From assembly GCA_043228905.1 (NCBI GenBank), contig JBHGNT010000004.1, positions 7,936,001-8,000,000 of the forward strand: a stretch of 64,000 nt of DNA, written 5' to 3'. The notes below the pieces were generated by a model that was not told the DNA's origin, ran no database searches, and worked only from the letters and a program-made list of their open reading frames with translations. Position numbers and translations under genes: made by a program. Positions 26,059 to 41,663 of this stretch are shown one piece after another (the stretch's first letter is position 1; every line of letters begins with the position of its first letter). The stretch is from Azolla caroliniana (lineage: Eukaryota; Plantae; Polypodiophyta).

Positions 26059-29000
26059 TTACATCGTCCGAAGTTCATATTCACCAGCTGTTGTGATATA
26101 CCGGACCCATGGTAATGCTTGGTACCCACTCTTTTCAATAATCTTGAGATACCTGACCTGCATCAGTCATAGATATCACGACAACAAAAAATGTAAGTTT
26201 CCCTTTTCATTTGATTTCTCCAATCCCTTTCACATTTCATATTTTCTTATCCCCTGTTTTTTAAATGTTGCAACGAAAATAAGCAAATACTTCAGTCTTT
26301 TGTTCAATCAAGAAAGATTTAGTTTGATGTTTGCTCTATACTTTCTTAATGCTTCAACCATATGTGTATTATTTCTTAGTATGGTTTACACTAAGCTTTC
26401 ATGTTATGCACATTCGTATAAGGTATCCAAAATCCTCATCTCTCCCTCTTTGCCATATAAGAGTAATTGGTATGTGAGGTGCACATTTTTTTGGGTTAAG
26501 TCCACTCTATCCTGAATATTTGCTTCTTTGGCTCTAAGAGCAATTTGATAAAACTTGAAAAAACACCACCGTGCAGACCTTATCTAGAAAAATTTACATA
26601 CTTCACCTTATATTCCATTAATTGTTCCATCAATGTCTAATGCTAATAATGAAATTTTTGACAAATCAAGAAATTGGCACATGCAATTATTAGTAGAGAC
26701 CTTGTCATAAAATAGTCCCTGCAGATAGAATTCAGACCTCAAAGATTTTGTGCCTGCAATCCCCCTTGGTTTATGGAGATGTGTAAGGAAGAAAAAAGTA
26801 TTGTTCACATCATTTGACACATCGAGTTGAATATATAATCGACTGTATCCACCAACTGAAGTTAACTTTAGCATCATTCAAAACAATGGCCTCATAAAGC
26901 AAGGGGATTAAAACTAGCCACCACAATAGCTCTAAAAACATTTAGGATCCCTAATTCTCAAAAACCCTAAAATTAATCAATCCTTAAGACTGACCAGCTA
27001 GTGAAAGCCCTAACCATCGACCTGCTTTTGAAAGCCCTAATCCTTGACCCATTTGCAGCGGTCCCAAGTTTTTACCAGCTCACGATAAATTTCTAATTTC
27101 TAGATAAGGCTGAAATTCTGATTTAAACTTGTGAAACACTGTATTTCAATTAAGCCTTAAATTCACCTTCAATGAACAAGAAATGGCTGAGAACACAAAA
27201 GGGCACAAAAGAGCAAAAAACTTGTCATGAACACAAATTTGTAGGCTTTTTAGTCGGTGTACTTCCATCTACATAGAGAGATGATTAGTTATGACATAAC
27301 CTAAGATATAACATTACCATTGCGGCCTATCAGTTATGGAGCATGAGAGGAATCTGGGATGCTTGCTATAGGCCAACAAGTGAATTAGATGGTTTATAGC
27401 TGTGCTACACATACAGTGGGGAAACTTGGTTTACAACACAGTAGAAAGTAAAGTTGTTGGAGATCAGCCCATAGCAGAGGGGCCCCAATGTATCAAGTTT
27501 CAACCCAAAACACTCCTGAAAAATGTGTACATCTCAGGTGGCAAAGCGCCTGCCCCAAAAAGCATTTATTTTGGGCATGTCAAGACCAATCAACTAATGA
27601 AAGCCTCACTTACAAAAAACTATGGATGGTATACCTATTCAGAACTCTCAAATTTTGGGAACCATCTATCCACACTAAACTTCATTGGTTTCATTTTTAA
27701 CAAGTAAGTTATTGGATATAGATTCAAAGGCAACAGAGACAAGCATCAAGAAACAAATGAAATCCAAGTTAACAACATATTACTACCTATCTATATTAAG
27801 GAGAATATGCTTTAGTTTATTGATAACAGATGTTAATAGATGAAATATCAAAATGTTGCCTTTACCTGGATTCCAGATACTGTAAAGTAAGGTATCTCAA
27901 ACTTAACACGAATAGGTGGATGTTTTTCAGGTGCAGACTCCTCAGCTACAATGCTTGGTAGTCCAAACTGAGCCCTTAACATATAGTCCTTGAATAACAA
28001 ATGAAGACATATTGTTTAAAATGAAAGTTATGTCAAATCTCTTGCTTATCCTAAGCAACATACCTTTCCACCAGGAAAGGATTTTATCTTCCACAGCAAT
28101 GCCTCTTTCTCAGGCGCATATACAGCAGACCCCATTGATGTCCGAACAGAAGGAGTAGTTGCATCTGATGAGATTGGAAGTTCAATCTCCACATTTGTGG
28201 CTGTACTGGAAGACATAAGATACATGTCAGGATCTGTATATACATGCAAGAATTGGATCAAAGGTATATATTGCTCAAGCTATGGCTATATTCAGCATGC
28301 CACATAGCACAAATTATCTGCACCAAGTAAGCCAAACTTGCAACAGAAATTCAAAAGTGTACTAACTTCAGAACCTCACCTCCGCTCCTTGAACTGACTC
28401 CGAGCTTTCACTATATATTCTACACGGCTCCTTGAATGCCTTTCAACCTGAGCTTCAACCCAAATAAGAGGTTTCACCTGCATAATGATAGTAAAGAACT
28501 TTGTTGAAATATGACTCCTAAATCTTCAAAATGAGTGTTTTTCATCAGCAAAACAATAATGTCTTCGTATTAATAAATCTCAAGTCCCCTACTGGAATTA
28601 CCTGAGTGCTCAAACGGTATGTCATCAGATCAAAAGCTCCATCTGGAGGGATGAATGAGATTGTTCGATCATTCTCAAAACGTGCCAGGCGCACGCACCT
28701 ATTATCAAACAACAGAATTTTATCCACATCAGAAAATTGCATAAATCGAACTACTTCAAATTTTCAAATTACATACTGATGAAACTTGATGTCATCAAGA
28801 TCAATTGCCTTGCCCTTAGTAGCTCGTCCCTGCGCCTCCAATAGCACTCTGTCATTGAGACCTAACTTGCATTCTGGCATTCCGCTAGAAAAAGAGAACA
28901 AAAAACAACTTTCCTTGGGTCAGAATACTTACTATTGCACTGGACAGGAATAAGATGAGAGAGAGGCATTTTATCACCTAAGATATGCCCGCATTTTTAA

Positions 29001-30502
29001 TGCCCCCACTACATCAGATCTTACTACTTGCCCATTGCTATTGACCAAAATGTTTACACTCTCCACAACATCTAAGAAAACCTGACAAACGGGGGAAGAT
29101 ATAAGCAGACAAAACAAAAGTGGAAAGCACATCCATTTTGAAAGGTAAAAGAGTACCTCATTCTTCTTGTAGCGAATGCCTTCACTTCGCCAGGAGACTG
29201 CATTGGTGACAGCCATGGGAGGACGTTGAGTTACTTCCATCTTGTATGCATCTGTCTTTATGAACTCACTTAAAATCTTTGCTTCCGTAAATTGAGGGTA
29301 GCCAAAATCCATCATTTCATCTAGCAGTTCATACTCGAAAAGGATACATGAAAAATACTTAGTTCTAACATATATTTATAATGGAAATGAAGAGCCAATA
29401 GAAGCCAACTATTAAGTATAGCTTACCACAACCACAAAATTGTCTCGTAATGATTCCTCTTCGAGTTCCTCAAAGTAATGCTTGAAGACCTGGATCACAC
29501 AGTCCCATTTTCACATTTGAGGTAATAAAACTCTACATCTTTGCTAAAAATTATACTCACATCAACCACCCGATGCAAAAATAGCAAAAGGCTTGCAGCA
29601 TTACAGTTCTGCCTCGATGCTGTCATTACATAGACATTGTTGTACTGAATAAACAGATACGTAACACCATCATCAAAAACAACAGGATCGTGTGAAGCTG
29701 GATCACCCTGGTAAGAATGTTAATGCTTCTGGTATAAGTACAAAATAGAGGGCCAAATAAATGTATTTACTACTTAGCCATGTGCTTTTCATCTTTAAGA
29801 AAGTTTAACATCTGTCCTTATACCCAACAAACAAGGAAACATCTGGGCATCAAGTACATGCTATATATTTAATAGAGAACTAGCAGAATAATTGCTCAAT
29901 CAGATATAACCTATGACATTGATATCAGAAACTTTCTGATATGTTGATACTTGTATTAATAAAGAGATTCATTATTGAAAAACGGCATGTTGCAGCGCCT
30001 TGAAATTCAGGCAATCGCTGATGAGATTACTAGTAAATATGTTCCTCCTCAAGTAAGCATATTCTATTGTTTGGGGGGGAATTACATTGAATCGCTTCTC
30101 AGTCCAGATAGCCACCGGTTTTGCCAGCATCTTTAATAATAATTAACCAAATTTCAGGTTGTTACATATAATGTCCCATTTATTGAGCGTAGTTATTAAG
30201 TTGATACTGAGTGTAATAAAAGTAGTATGTGTATGAAAACAGCAAAGCAATCAAGGATAAGAGTCCATGTAAACATATCAACCTATTCTATAGATGGGTA
30301 TATAATATTTATAAGACTATGTTTCCATATGTAGTTATTGGAGATAAAAAAATGAGCCATAGTACATACATACCACTCTATCAATGAGTTTTGAGAAAAA
30401 TTTCTCCACTTGACTAGCACTGACATCTCCTCGATAGTCCTTCCATACTACAACACGCCCTTTCATGTCTAGAAGAAACAAAGCTGATGCTGCACTCGCC
30501 AT
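26059..30502 (-). CDS. AP1M: AP-1 adaptor complex subunit mu (clathrin adaptor medium chain), multi-exon
   Basis: ATG at 30502 ([16 protein letters not shown]); exons include 30374-30502, 29561-29707, 29427-29489, 29157-29333, 28978-29081 and 26059-26157 with GT-AG junctions; [43 protein letters not shown]. Probable 5'UTR intron about 30556-32862. Confidence 0.96.
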
Positions 30503-33250
30503 TTTGAACAAATATTTTCGACACTATATATGTATTGCTTTCATGGAAATAGTGCCTGAAATAACAAAAGAACTCTTTGAGTGCAAACTGATAATATATA
30601 TTTATGTAGCAAATCTGAAATGCATTGAAGTATATATTAATCGTTCATTCTCCATGACAGAATGACATGATACATCTTATAATAATATGCATCACTTTAC
30701 AATGTGATGAAGCCTGCAATTTAGCACGGAAAAGATCCTGCTATTTCATTTGAACTATGGCAATGAACATGAAACATATCCAGTCAAATTCTAATAAGCA
30801 TGACCCAGCGTGGCCACTTCTTGTTTGTTATTAGAACCATCGAAATAATGGATGATCCAACCTATATTGTAAAAAACCTCAAGGATACACTAACAATAAA
30901 GCAAATAACTGAAAGAAATGGAATAAGGGCACTTTTCCTACCAACCATCCCTGAGCAATGGAATTGAGATGGATCTTAAACAACATTGGCGCCCCATACC
31001 ACCCAATATTGCCTAAGTTTGTACCTTGGTTGCAACCCACACAACGCTATTATAGCAAGAGCCTTGCTACATTACCAGTGTTTCAACGGATATTTTTGTC
31101 TCCTTGAATGAGATTAATTACTCCCTTAAAACCATTAGAAATTATTTACTTTTAAATATTATATTAAGGTTGTACATGCAAAAAAGAAAGATAATATAGC
31201 CATCACAATAATCCAGAAAGGCCATCATTACAGATTTCTATACTCCCCCACAGGTTTCCATCCTCCTTTCAACCACCATTGTCCTAAATTTGCTTAATAA
31301 GAGCACATGCAAATATACCATACCCATCATCAACCATTCAAATGTTCTTAACCCTGCACCTACTCAAGTCCACAGGCATAACCAACATGCATAATCACCA
31401 GTGTCCTATATTTTCTTAATAAGAGCACATGCAAATATACCGCACTTATCATCAACCATTCAAACGCTTTTTAATCCTGCACCTACTCAAGTACACTGGC
31501 ATAACCAACCATTCAAATGCTCTTAAACCCTGCATCTACTCAAGTACACTGGCTTCCCTAGCTATTGCCTCCCGCTTTCATTTTTTATGATGTAGATCTA
31601 GGAAGTTGGCACCACTGGAAATCTTGGGGGAAGTTCCCTTTCCATAGATATGCAAATGTTCTAGTGCATAACTTGGCACCACTAGAGATATAAGGGATAA
31701 CTCCTTTTTCCTGGGTATGTACATGTTCTCGTTCATGGCTCATGTTAGTATCATACGCCTCAGTTGGTCTTGTAAGACTTTTACACTCCCTGATCATTAC
31801 TCCAAAGAGCTCAGGATTTCAACCTTGATTATTAATGTGGCCTACATTATTATAACCACCAACTTGATCATCATATTACAAGCTGATGAATGTTTGCATA
31901 ATCAATGAACAATCGGAACTAGAATGGCAGCTTCATGTGCATTCATATGCATCCTAGCATCAACATCTTAGACAGCGTATGCTAAACCCCTTCCCATATG
32001 GTGTCCCCATTCTAGCCACTTTAGGATTTAAAGACTATAGTTCCCATTCATGGGCATACACATAGCAATGCCCCCAGCGGGCTAGATTTTGACTCTAAGT
32101 GAGATACTTTAATGCTTGTTTGGTTGATTGATGTTACACATTGTCGACAATTTGGATGTGGACTTAATGCTCTAGACATGTCACCATAAATATGAAACTG
32201 ATATTTACATGTCACTTCTACATAATTATCAAATACATTTTCTGCTTCAATTCACGGATGAGTTGACTGCTACAATTGTCACAGAAAGCTTCTGCAACAA
32301 CTTTCACATTATCTGTTTCTTGCTCAAATTTTCACACGTGCCTTCTCTGAAACCTTTTTCCATGATTTTTCCGGCTACAATATCACGTGATATTCCCTCT
32401 TCAAACAGGAGGAAGAAATCAACAAATGACATAAAATCCAGTGGAAGGGATAGATCAAAATGAATAGATACATTCAGATACATGTTACATCATATATATA
32501 CATCTCACAAATAATTGCCTTAGTCTTCCTAGCGTGGTCACTCACTCACACCTCTTTGTATCAACCACACTCACACTTACATTCACACTCATAATCATAT
32601 AACATTACACATACATATCAACACATTACATTTTTCACCCTCACTTATCACACTTATCAATCACCCGTACGAGATGTACGGGTAACACATTCTACTCACA
32701 TTGCTAAGAAGAATCAAGGGAAAAAAATGTGTTTCGAAATCTTGAACCCAGAGGGTAAAAATCGGGCAAACATAGTGCGTACGAGACGAAAGAAAGGAAA
32801 GCGGGTGAGGTTAGATCTGATTTGAAGCACTGGAATGCGTGTTGGAAAGCAGAAGTGCTTACCTGAGAAAGAGTGGACTCCTTGAGGCATGGAAGGATGT
32901 GGTGGCCGATGTATGTGCTAGAGCTCCGACAGTGAAAACATGGGAATGGGGAAGGCCCATGAAATGACGAACAAACGCACTTCTGTTCTTATTCTTCTTG
33001 TCTTTGGGAAAACTACAGAAATGGTCCTCTTATATTCCAACCCTTCCAAAAATAGCCTTGTCTTTTCACTGAACTATATACATGCATACATAACATATCT
33101 ATTACATACATACATACATACATGTATTACGAGCTCCAACACCAAAATCCAAACTTTTACGACTAGTGCACTCGGAGCTCGTAAGTTGCTTCTTATACTC
33201 GAGAGCTTTAATTAATAACGAAGGATGAGAGTTGACAAGTGCACGTTCTA

Positions 33251-33285
33251 ACACACACACACACACACATGAGAGAGAGAGAGAG

Positions 33286-33316
<31 letters not shown>
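33251..33316. repeat. Compound (CA)n/(GA)n/(GT)n microsatellite
   Basis: Directly visible. Confidence 0.95.
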
Positions 33317-36300
33317 TAGGGTTGACAAATGTGGCAGGAATCAAACTCAATTGTGGTCAATGTGGTGGAGTGCTACATTAGAGGTGTGGTACTCGAACTT
33401 TGGAACTTCTTTACACCAAAACATGTGTAGTCGATGAGCCTTCTAGCCCAAAATCTTGTCTCATAACCATGGAAGAAATGTTTGTGGATGGAGACAAGGC
33501 ATGGGCGTTAGCATGTATGGATGAGTTGGTATGCCTGCTATGGGAAAGAGATGATCTTGTTATTTGGTCCAACTAATACTTGGCACGCCCTTGGGATTTT
33601 GCCTCAATAGTCGTGAGCTAATAAAAAAAGGAAGACAAAAGTGTTGAGCCATTCACCTTGTAAGTGTCAAAAGTTGTGATTTAGACAATGTCTTGCCAAC
33701 TAAGTAATTGTTTGGGGAGTCACACCATTGGTGGGTATATTTTACTCACCTAGACCAATTGGATTCTCACGAGTTGGTGGTGTTTTGTCTCTCGAGTTAG
33801 CCCCAAATAGCAAAACATCTTTCAACATCATGCAACTCTTAGCTAGGACGAGACGACACATTTGAGTATTGGCAAGAGATCATGAAAAGCTTGGTGTAGT
33901 TGGCATCAATCTCAGGTTGGAATTTTGCTACTTTGTCCAATTTCAAAAAGTACACCACTTTGTCAATGACCTATTGATTCTCTTTGTCAACATAGAGTAG
34001 GTGGACTTTCACATTTTTGATGGACGCTTTGTTATACATCTGCGATGGCCATAATGAGTGGCATGTGAGTCTTATTGGTCATGTTGGCTCACTCTCTTTA
34101 TGATGGTGTTGGTTGTTGATAGTCTTGCTTTAGTCTTTATATTTTCCCCTATCTAGTGCAACAACATTTTGAGTGTTGCTACATGGGCCTTGTCTTCCAC
34201 CCAAAATAGCTTTGGTTGGCATTCTTCTAACAGTATGGCGCACTTGGTGTGATGACCAATTGAAATTCTTGGAACCGCACAACTGTTGTGGTAATATTGA
34301 GTGAAAGTTACATAATGGTGCATGGTGATTGGATTAGGTCACATTCACGATGTTGGCCATGAGGCAAGCTTCCATCTCTTAGAGGTAGGTTACATAATGT
34401 TGCATGTTGATATGAGTAGGTCACATTCATGGCATTGGCCATGAGGCAAGCTTCCATCTCTTAGAAGCATGTCATAATTGCTTGGGGTTGTTGTTTGACA
34501 ACATCGATATTCTCTTCAACGAGGGTCACATGGGCACCATCAATCTCTTGCTTTCTTGAATGGTAATGGGCCTTATCTTCTCAATGTGCAAGTGTTGTTG
34601 ATATTCATGTATCTTAGCTTTGCTTTGGTTTGACCATTGTTGATACTCTTCTACATTTGGCATACCATAGAAGTGCCCATCAACTTTAGCTCTTCACCTT
34701 TATTGAATTCCATTGTCGACACTTGGCAGGGTGCACTCATACTTTGGAAGCTTTTGTTGCTTCCATCAACTTTGAAGGAGGCATTTGTACAAGCAAGTGT
34801 CTTCCTAAATATGTGAGATTTCACATTGACCTCCTCGTTGTGGGCGAGGGTGAGAACAATATTCCTAGGTTGAGGCACACATGATGAACACTATGAATAA
34901 AGTGTTAACGCAATGTATTTTTCCCAAAATCACCATGCTAGCTTTGGATGAAATTCTAATAAAGGGTTGCTTGGAGGAAGGGAAGGATGAAGTCATCAAC
35001 AAAAAACGATGTAAATAGTTTTTGTTAAAACACATGAATGATAGTGAGAATATATAAATAGGGGCATGACATACCAAAGCTAACCTACTAACTTTGTAGC
35101 AAACATGATGAAAACCATGAATAAGTGCTGAGGGATTATATCCCTAAAATTGCTATGCTATTTTCAAATGAAATTCTAATAAAGGATTGCTTGGAGGAAG
35201 TGAAAGTTGAAGTCATTGTCAAAAAGTGTAAATGGTTTGTGTCAAAGCACATCAAGGATAGTAAGAGGACACTAATAAAGCTAGACAATGCACATTTGAC
35301 ATTTTCAAAAGGGATGTCTATACATATTTACGAAATCAAAGATTCTTGTGGATGGGCATTTGTGTGTTTTAACACTTTTGAATTTTGCACTACATTCATA
35401 TTGCTAAACCTATGTGCAGGTTGCTAAAGAAAGAAATTTAAGTTGGAAGAATGGCACATGAGAACCATGCAAAAGCTAAAAAGGGTTGTTATTAACGGCA
35501 CGTACATTGAGGAAAGAACTATATGGAGAAGGTACACAAGTATTGATAACGGTGGGTACAAGGCCAATTGGAGTATGATGGTTTATTAATTAGAAAAAGC
35601 AAAGACGGTGGATGGTATGCAATCTAGTTTGGATCAGATGGTGCTAAGCAAAAGAAGTACGAGGATATGCCCAAGTCAAACGAGAGGTACAAGGAACTGT
35701 ATCAATGGTTAAAATTGATGGGGATTATCTAAAGGAGCAAAGGTTTTAATTAAAATGGATCATCTTCCTATTCTAGACACAATATCACACTTGACATGAC
35801 TATGCTATAGTAGATTTCATATATCAAGTTTACTCAATCCATAAATATATCACATAGCAGGAAAGCACAACAGTATGACACATATGCTCTAACGGGCAAG
35901 ATATGGGTATTTGCTTAAAACTCTTGATGTTTTTATTTTTCAGATTATACAAGGATTCAGTTACTATGAAACCCATGGTTTTACAAAATTGACTCATTTT
36001 TCACATTACCAAGAGTGAAATTGATAGCTAATAAAAATATAATTTGACACTAAGAAGTGCCAAATTAAGCGCAAACATAAAACTCATGGATTTGTAAATG
36101 CCTCTCTTAATCATGTTTTATCTCCCATATTGTAAAATAAATAATTTGACATTAATTTAGAAATATTTTATTTTTATTGTTTTTATCAAATGATGACCAA
36201 AGCCTTGGATTATGTTATGTATATGTTATACTATGGTGTGGACCGTGGTGTACCTACACGATCTAGGAAAATAAACCTATTATTATAAAATTTTATAGAT

Positions 36301-37164
36301 GTCTATATATTCAAATTTAATAGCATATCATAAATCTAAATATATGCTTGTTACTCTTGAACAATGTTTTATCATTTGAATGCCATGATGAAGAATCTAG
36401 TTTATCCATATGATATCATCTCTCCTTCGTTTCTAAATATTTTCGATGAACTCATTACATTCATTTGCATCCTTTAACAATAAGAACCATGCACACATCA
36501 AACTTATTTGTGTATGTCAACTTCACACTATTTTTGCATTAGAAACATTATTCCAACATAGAATTGAAATGCCTAAATAGTCTTCATCAGACTGCGCAGT
36601 TGTCATATGTTCAGTCCCAGAAGACTTCTGAGAAAATAGTATGATCATGTTATCATTACAATAAAGATATGATACTTCACATACTTGAATGACATATCAC
36701 ATCATGATAGGTCACATTATATGCGAGATGACATCTCAGCAGCTAGAGCACAAAGTAAGGTAGATTATTTTGATCATGGCTAAAATTTCAATAGGACATC
36801 TAAAGAGCGTGCAAAGAGATAATACATCATTTAAATTGCCCCATTAAGAGAGAATATAAAGTTACAATGTTCACTCCATTGTTGGACCTCAAGATACGAA
36901 GAATATCCTTTCACAACGGCTTTTAATTAAACAAACAGAATAGCTTTTAATTCAACAAGCATTCTCGTGAATCACAACCAAAACTACTATAAAATTGAGA
37001 AGATTGCTTGTACATTCTTATTCGGATCTTATTCTCTTTTAACTTAAACCTTTCTCAATTGTGTAGCTAGGTAGCACATTTATAATAACAAGTGTAAAGG
37101 GCAAAGAAAAAACCTTCTTGTATTACTTATACACAAGTAACAAGACAAAATCAGTTGTCCATTA

Positions 37165-39263
37165 TCAGTAGCTTTTACCACAATGAATGAGACTTCCTGC
37201 TCCCAGAAAAAGACCAAATATAGCAGCACTACCAAGAGTGTTTTGTCCTATGACCCGTAGTTTGAGCAGTCCTGGGACCTACAAAATCAATAGAAAATAT
37301 GCAGTCTTAACCTGATGGTATGGAAAATGCAATAGGCTGCAACCACTTGGAGCTCTTTTTTCAATGCAGTGCATTTCTTCTGCTGTGTTTAAAGCAGTGC
37401 ATTTAATAAATAAAATAACCTTAGCATAAATTTTAAAGTAAACATATTTTCCCATCATGCATAACAACACATTTGAGTTCATACCAGTGAGGATATCATA
37501 CAAACCTGAGATAAGCATATTGACTTTGACGTCAATCTTGTAACACCACAACCTGATTACTAAAAGCAAACAAGCATGTACTCTAGAAATCGTGATTATC
37601 TAGAGATCATCAACCTATACAATGAAGGAATATCTTGATCAACATTGCCGGATCCATTTCATTGCAAAGGGTAATTAAGAAGGTCTTAAGATGAAGAAGT
37701 CATAAAAAACGGCATTCAAAGACTACAATTGATGTCTTTGTATATTGTTGCAGCAAAGACTAGCACATCGAATAACACTTTTACACAGTAACCAGATTAT
37801 GAACAGCAAACAAGCATGTTCTTTGAAAGTTACAAACACCTACCAATATATGAACAGACAGACAGGTCTCTAGCAATGTCAAACATTTATGCCATTTTGC
37901 CGTCTGCTTAAAAAGAGAATACGAAACATTTCCAATCCTAACATGATATAACTCATAAATCCATACCTTATATCTAACAGCTTCAAATGTTCCATAGACT
38001 GCACCTGCAAGTAAAAATACACAAATAATCAGCAATTAAAGACTCTTCTGACAAGAAACCAGTAACCATCACTTGAGGGAGGTGGAAAAGAAAAACACAA
38101 AAGTAATCAGATCCAACCATGCATTAGAGATATAACTGAAGCATTCTTTCTCCACTTTTGTCTAGTTCCAGATTATAAAAGCTTAATTACTTTCAAGCAG
38201 ATTTAGATATGAGACTCTCCCCAAAGACTACAAAACAATCACGCTTTGAAAAAACTAAATTTCCCAGAAACCTAAAATAAAACCTAAGATCAAAACATCA
38301 TCTATAGGTTTTCTTGTTTCAAATATTATAAAAGATATATAGTAAACAACATATAAAATATAAATATACTATACAGATATATAAATAAAATATAACATGC
38401 ATACATAAACATAATTAAAATTTAGTAAACATATATATGTACATACATACATTACATGCTGTAACCAAAGCATTTTGCTACCTCAATATGCACACACATG
38501 ATTAATTTTCTATTTCTCTATCTTTCTCAACCTTTTTTTTGTCTCTGTCTCTCTTCTACCAGAACAATTCAAACTTTCAACATCATTCCATTCAAGATTG
38601 ATGAACATATATCGTCCTACAGTGTTTTGATAGACGTGATTCGTGCTACAAATCCTATTCAAATTTTGTCACCCATTTAGTTTGGTGGTAAGGTCATAAA
38701 ATACGTAAACTACATATAAAAATCTGGTCTTTCAACTTTGAAGTTACAGAATGCGTACTGCAAAAAAATAAATTAAATGTTTCTTCCAGGTGCACAAATC
38801 CACTGGTGTTCATCTCTCTTGGAGAGGGATGCATATTCTGCATTAGCGTTATGTAATTTCCATAATTTCATATTTTCTGCAATTCTGTTTTGTTCGGGAA
38901 AGACAAATATGTCATTCATTACAATGCTGGTTGAGTTTAATTTTGCGAACTATGAAACCGGAAAAAACTATGGAAAGAGAACCCAAAACGATGGAAATAT
39001 GTAAATTTTCTCCAAATTTCCTACAAATTTGTATTTGATTTCCTCATAATTTCCTATTTCTTCATCCACGCAAAGAGAAACTGTCATGTTTCCTGATTAC
39101 TTCTACCCTCTCACTCTCTATCTTTCTATATATGTAATATCGTTATAAGAATAGAAAAGAAAACAGAGAAAAAGATAAAGATGTACATACCGATGGCACC
39201 GCCGACAGCTCCTCCCATGGCTACTCCTGCAACCACTCTCGTCAAACAGCTATCACGAGCCAT
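37165..39263 (-). CDS. ROMO1: ROMO1/Mgr2 mitochondrial TIM23-associated protein, 74 aa, 3 exons
   Basis: Exons 39191-39263, 37967-38004 and 37165-37278 splice to MARDSCLTRVVAGVAMGGAVGGAIGAVYGTFEAVRYKVPGLLKLRVIGQNTLGSAAIFGLFLGAGSLIHCGKSY*. Confidence 0.95.
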
Positions 39264-39310
39264 GGCAGCGACGACGTTGTCTGCTTCAGGTGCTGGGGCC
39301 GGGATCTGGT

Positions 39311-39319
39311 CTAGGGTTT
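39311..39319 (-). promoter_or_regulatory. Telo-box (AAACCCTAG) upstream of the ROMO1 start codon
   Basis: CTAGGGTTT about 50 bp upstream of the ATG. Confidence 0.5.
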
Positions 39320-41606
39320 TATAACAGGGAGCAGGGATTTATTTATATTTATAATTCATATATTTATCTGTGGATTTAGTAGAGGAGGGGGTTCCTGCGC
39401 AGAAGAGGAGATAGAATTTAACTTCTTCTTCTTCTTCTTCTTCTTCTTAATAATAATATGGTAGAAGCTCACGAAGGTTCCTGTGTAGGCAACATATGTT
39501 CGTGACAATGCGTTGTCGCACACCGCTACTATGGTCTTTATGTAGAATCATTGAAGAGAACGTGTAAAGCCTTAAATTAGAGATGCGAACATATGCGCTA
39601 ACAGGTGTTTGTGAAATGATGGGTGCAATAAGGTCTTAGTGTTGTCTTTGTATGAAATTTAGTGGGTTAAGAGGAACTCGTAGCCATTGTTCCCGTACAT
39701 TGATTTCTAAGACCATAGCCATGAGAGAAAGTTGTCCCAGAATGCAAGGAACTCAAAATATTTATCCCTTGAAGCTCACTCCAAACATCTTGTTGATGGA
39801 AACACCATATGGCCCTCGTTTTTTCCTATAAAGGCTTCGCGTGGCATGCTTCCCCATGTCAATCAATCAATTGGAAGAAAATACTTCAAAGGTTGGTTCT
39901 TTCAACAATATATCATTAATGGAAACCACCATGCGCAACGACGTTGAACACCATGACATTTGAAACAAGTAATATGTCGTATTCTCATTTTCATGACTGG
40001 TTGAGCCGTTAAGAATTGCCGAATTTTGTCAGACTTTTACATAAAGGTATGCGCATGCGTACATCTATTCTTAAAATATGATGGATTTCTTAAGTGTAAC
40101 ATTTCATGACAATAAAACCAATAGTCTTATATTCACTCAGTCATGTTTATCTACCCAATTCTTAGGTAATAACTGAAAATCCATGGAACATTTATTGGAT
40201 TTATCCTCATTCTACATCAGTGAGAGCATTTCTAGAGGTTTCAAATATGAAAGACATCTAAAACAAGGGTTTTTGCGGTTTAGGGTGAAACACATGACAC
40301 CTAAAATGCCGTTAGAAACTCTCGCATTCTAGTCACTGTCCAATCATTACAAGCAATTGATTCCAAGAAAATTGAATGAAGATTAAATTATACATAAACT
40401 TGCCAATTTCTATTAAACTCGAAGTTGCACAACTTATACTTTATGTCTAACGTCATACTATCTAACATTTTGAGAGAGTCTAAGATAACAAAGTCCCTTC
40501 GACTATCTAAGATTAAGTCATACTATCTAACAGTCCAAGAGAGTCTAAGATCGTAAAGTTCCACTCACTATACTTTTGTCTCAAGTCGCACTACTATCGA
40601 TGATTTTTAGAGTGTCAAAGTTCAACAACTATAATCAAGTCTATACATTTAGCAATGATATCAACAATATATATACTATATTCCAAGAGAGGTAAAGGTC
40701 AAGAACATATACAATAAAGGATTATAAATTTTGCCTTCCTATTTGATAGAGTTATGCCTTTCTATTGATTGTTAAACACAGACACTGTAACATATGTACC
40801 AACGATTTATGCATTTATCGAACGATTGACTCATGCATGTATCCATATAAAGCTAAACAACAACATATGTACTTAAGAAATATACGACACAACTTAAAAT
40901 GACATCAAACTAGACTATATATTCGAATGAAATAGTTAAGTAACCAAATCATAGCTTGCACTATTAAAGTCAATGAGTTCCAAATTCCTCATGTTCAATT
41001 ACATTGAACCATGTGCAATTAATCTATCAACAAGTTTGGAATGATGGGATCTTCTGGACCAGTTGGTTGTTGTAGATAATTCTCATTGGCGTTTTCGGTA
41101 CAAGCAGTTGAATTTAAGTGTTCAAACTCTGTAACGTTGTCGTGAAGATCCGTCACTAGGTGCGGATTGCGAGGCGGAACCGCCGGGGTTCTAGACCGAA
41201 AGGATTCGGAGTTGGTACAAGCTTTAGTGAGAAAGTATTTAAGATAGATTGGGAAAGAGAGAAATTGAGATTAAACGTTTGACTTTAGATTGAGAGAGAT
41301 TGATTGAACCTTTATCTTTAGATTTAAGAAACAAGTTACACGATCAATTCGATAACGAATTTTCTTCTTCTTAATTTCATAACCAAAAGAGCCTAACCCT
41401 TCTTCTTTTTCATCCCTTCTTTTATAGATGCTCTCATGCATATGATGCATGTGAGGGTACACGACATGCATAAAATGCATGTTTGCCATTTGACGCTCAT
41501 GTATTACATGTGGTGCATGATAACCATGTCACTCATTTTAGCTCTCATGTATGAGAATTTCCATGTAAAAGTACAATGATAGAAATATAAATTCAACTAA
41601 ATGTCA

Positions 41607-41663
41607 TGGCTTAGTGGTAAGCCTATTGACTCTTAACTAGGAGGTGGAAGGTTTGAATCCTCC
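41607..41663 (+). pseudogene. tRNA-Lys(CTT)-like fragment or SINE head
   Basis: A-box TGGCTTAGTGG, anticodon loop CTCTTAA, B-box GGTTTGAATCC at tRNA spacing; no acceptor stem. Confidence 0.55.

Noticed and set aside
31560-32190. Penelope-like RT remnant in the AP1M 5'UTR intron (GIAM, NFLDL-like words)
   Set aside because: Too degenerate to support without a search.
32666-32695. Helitron 3' end (CCCGTAC..GTACGGG hairpin)
   Set aside because: The terminus reads CTAC rather than CTAG and no 5' end was found.
33350-35750. Decayed coding-like sequence, possibly a DNA transposon
   Set aside because: No motif, TIR or TSD could be identified with confidence.
40036-40046. TSD for the Sola-like element
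   Set aside because: The flanks (..TTACAT and CTTGTG..) do not give a matching duplication, so the exact termini remain uncertain.
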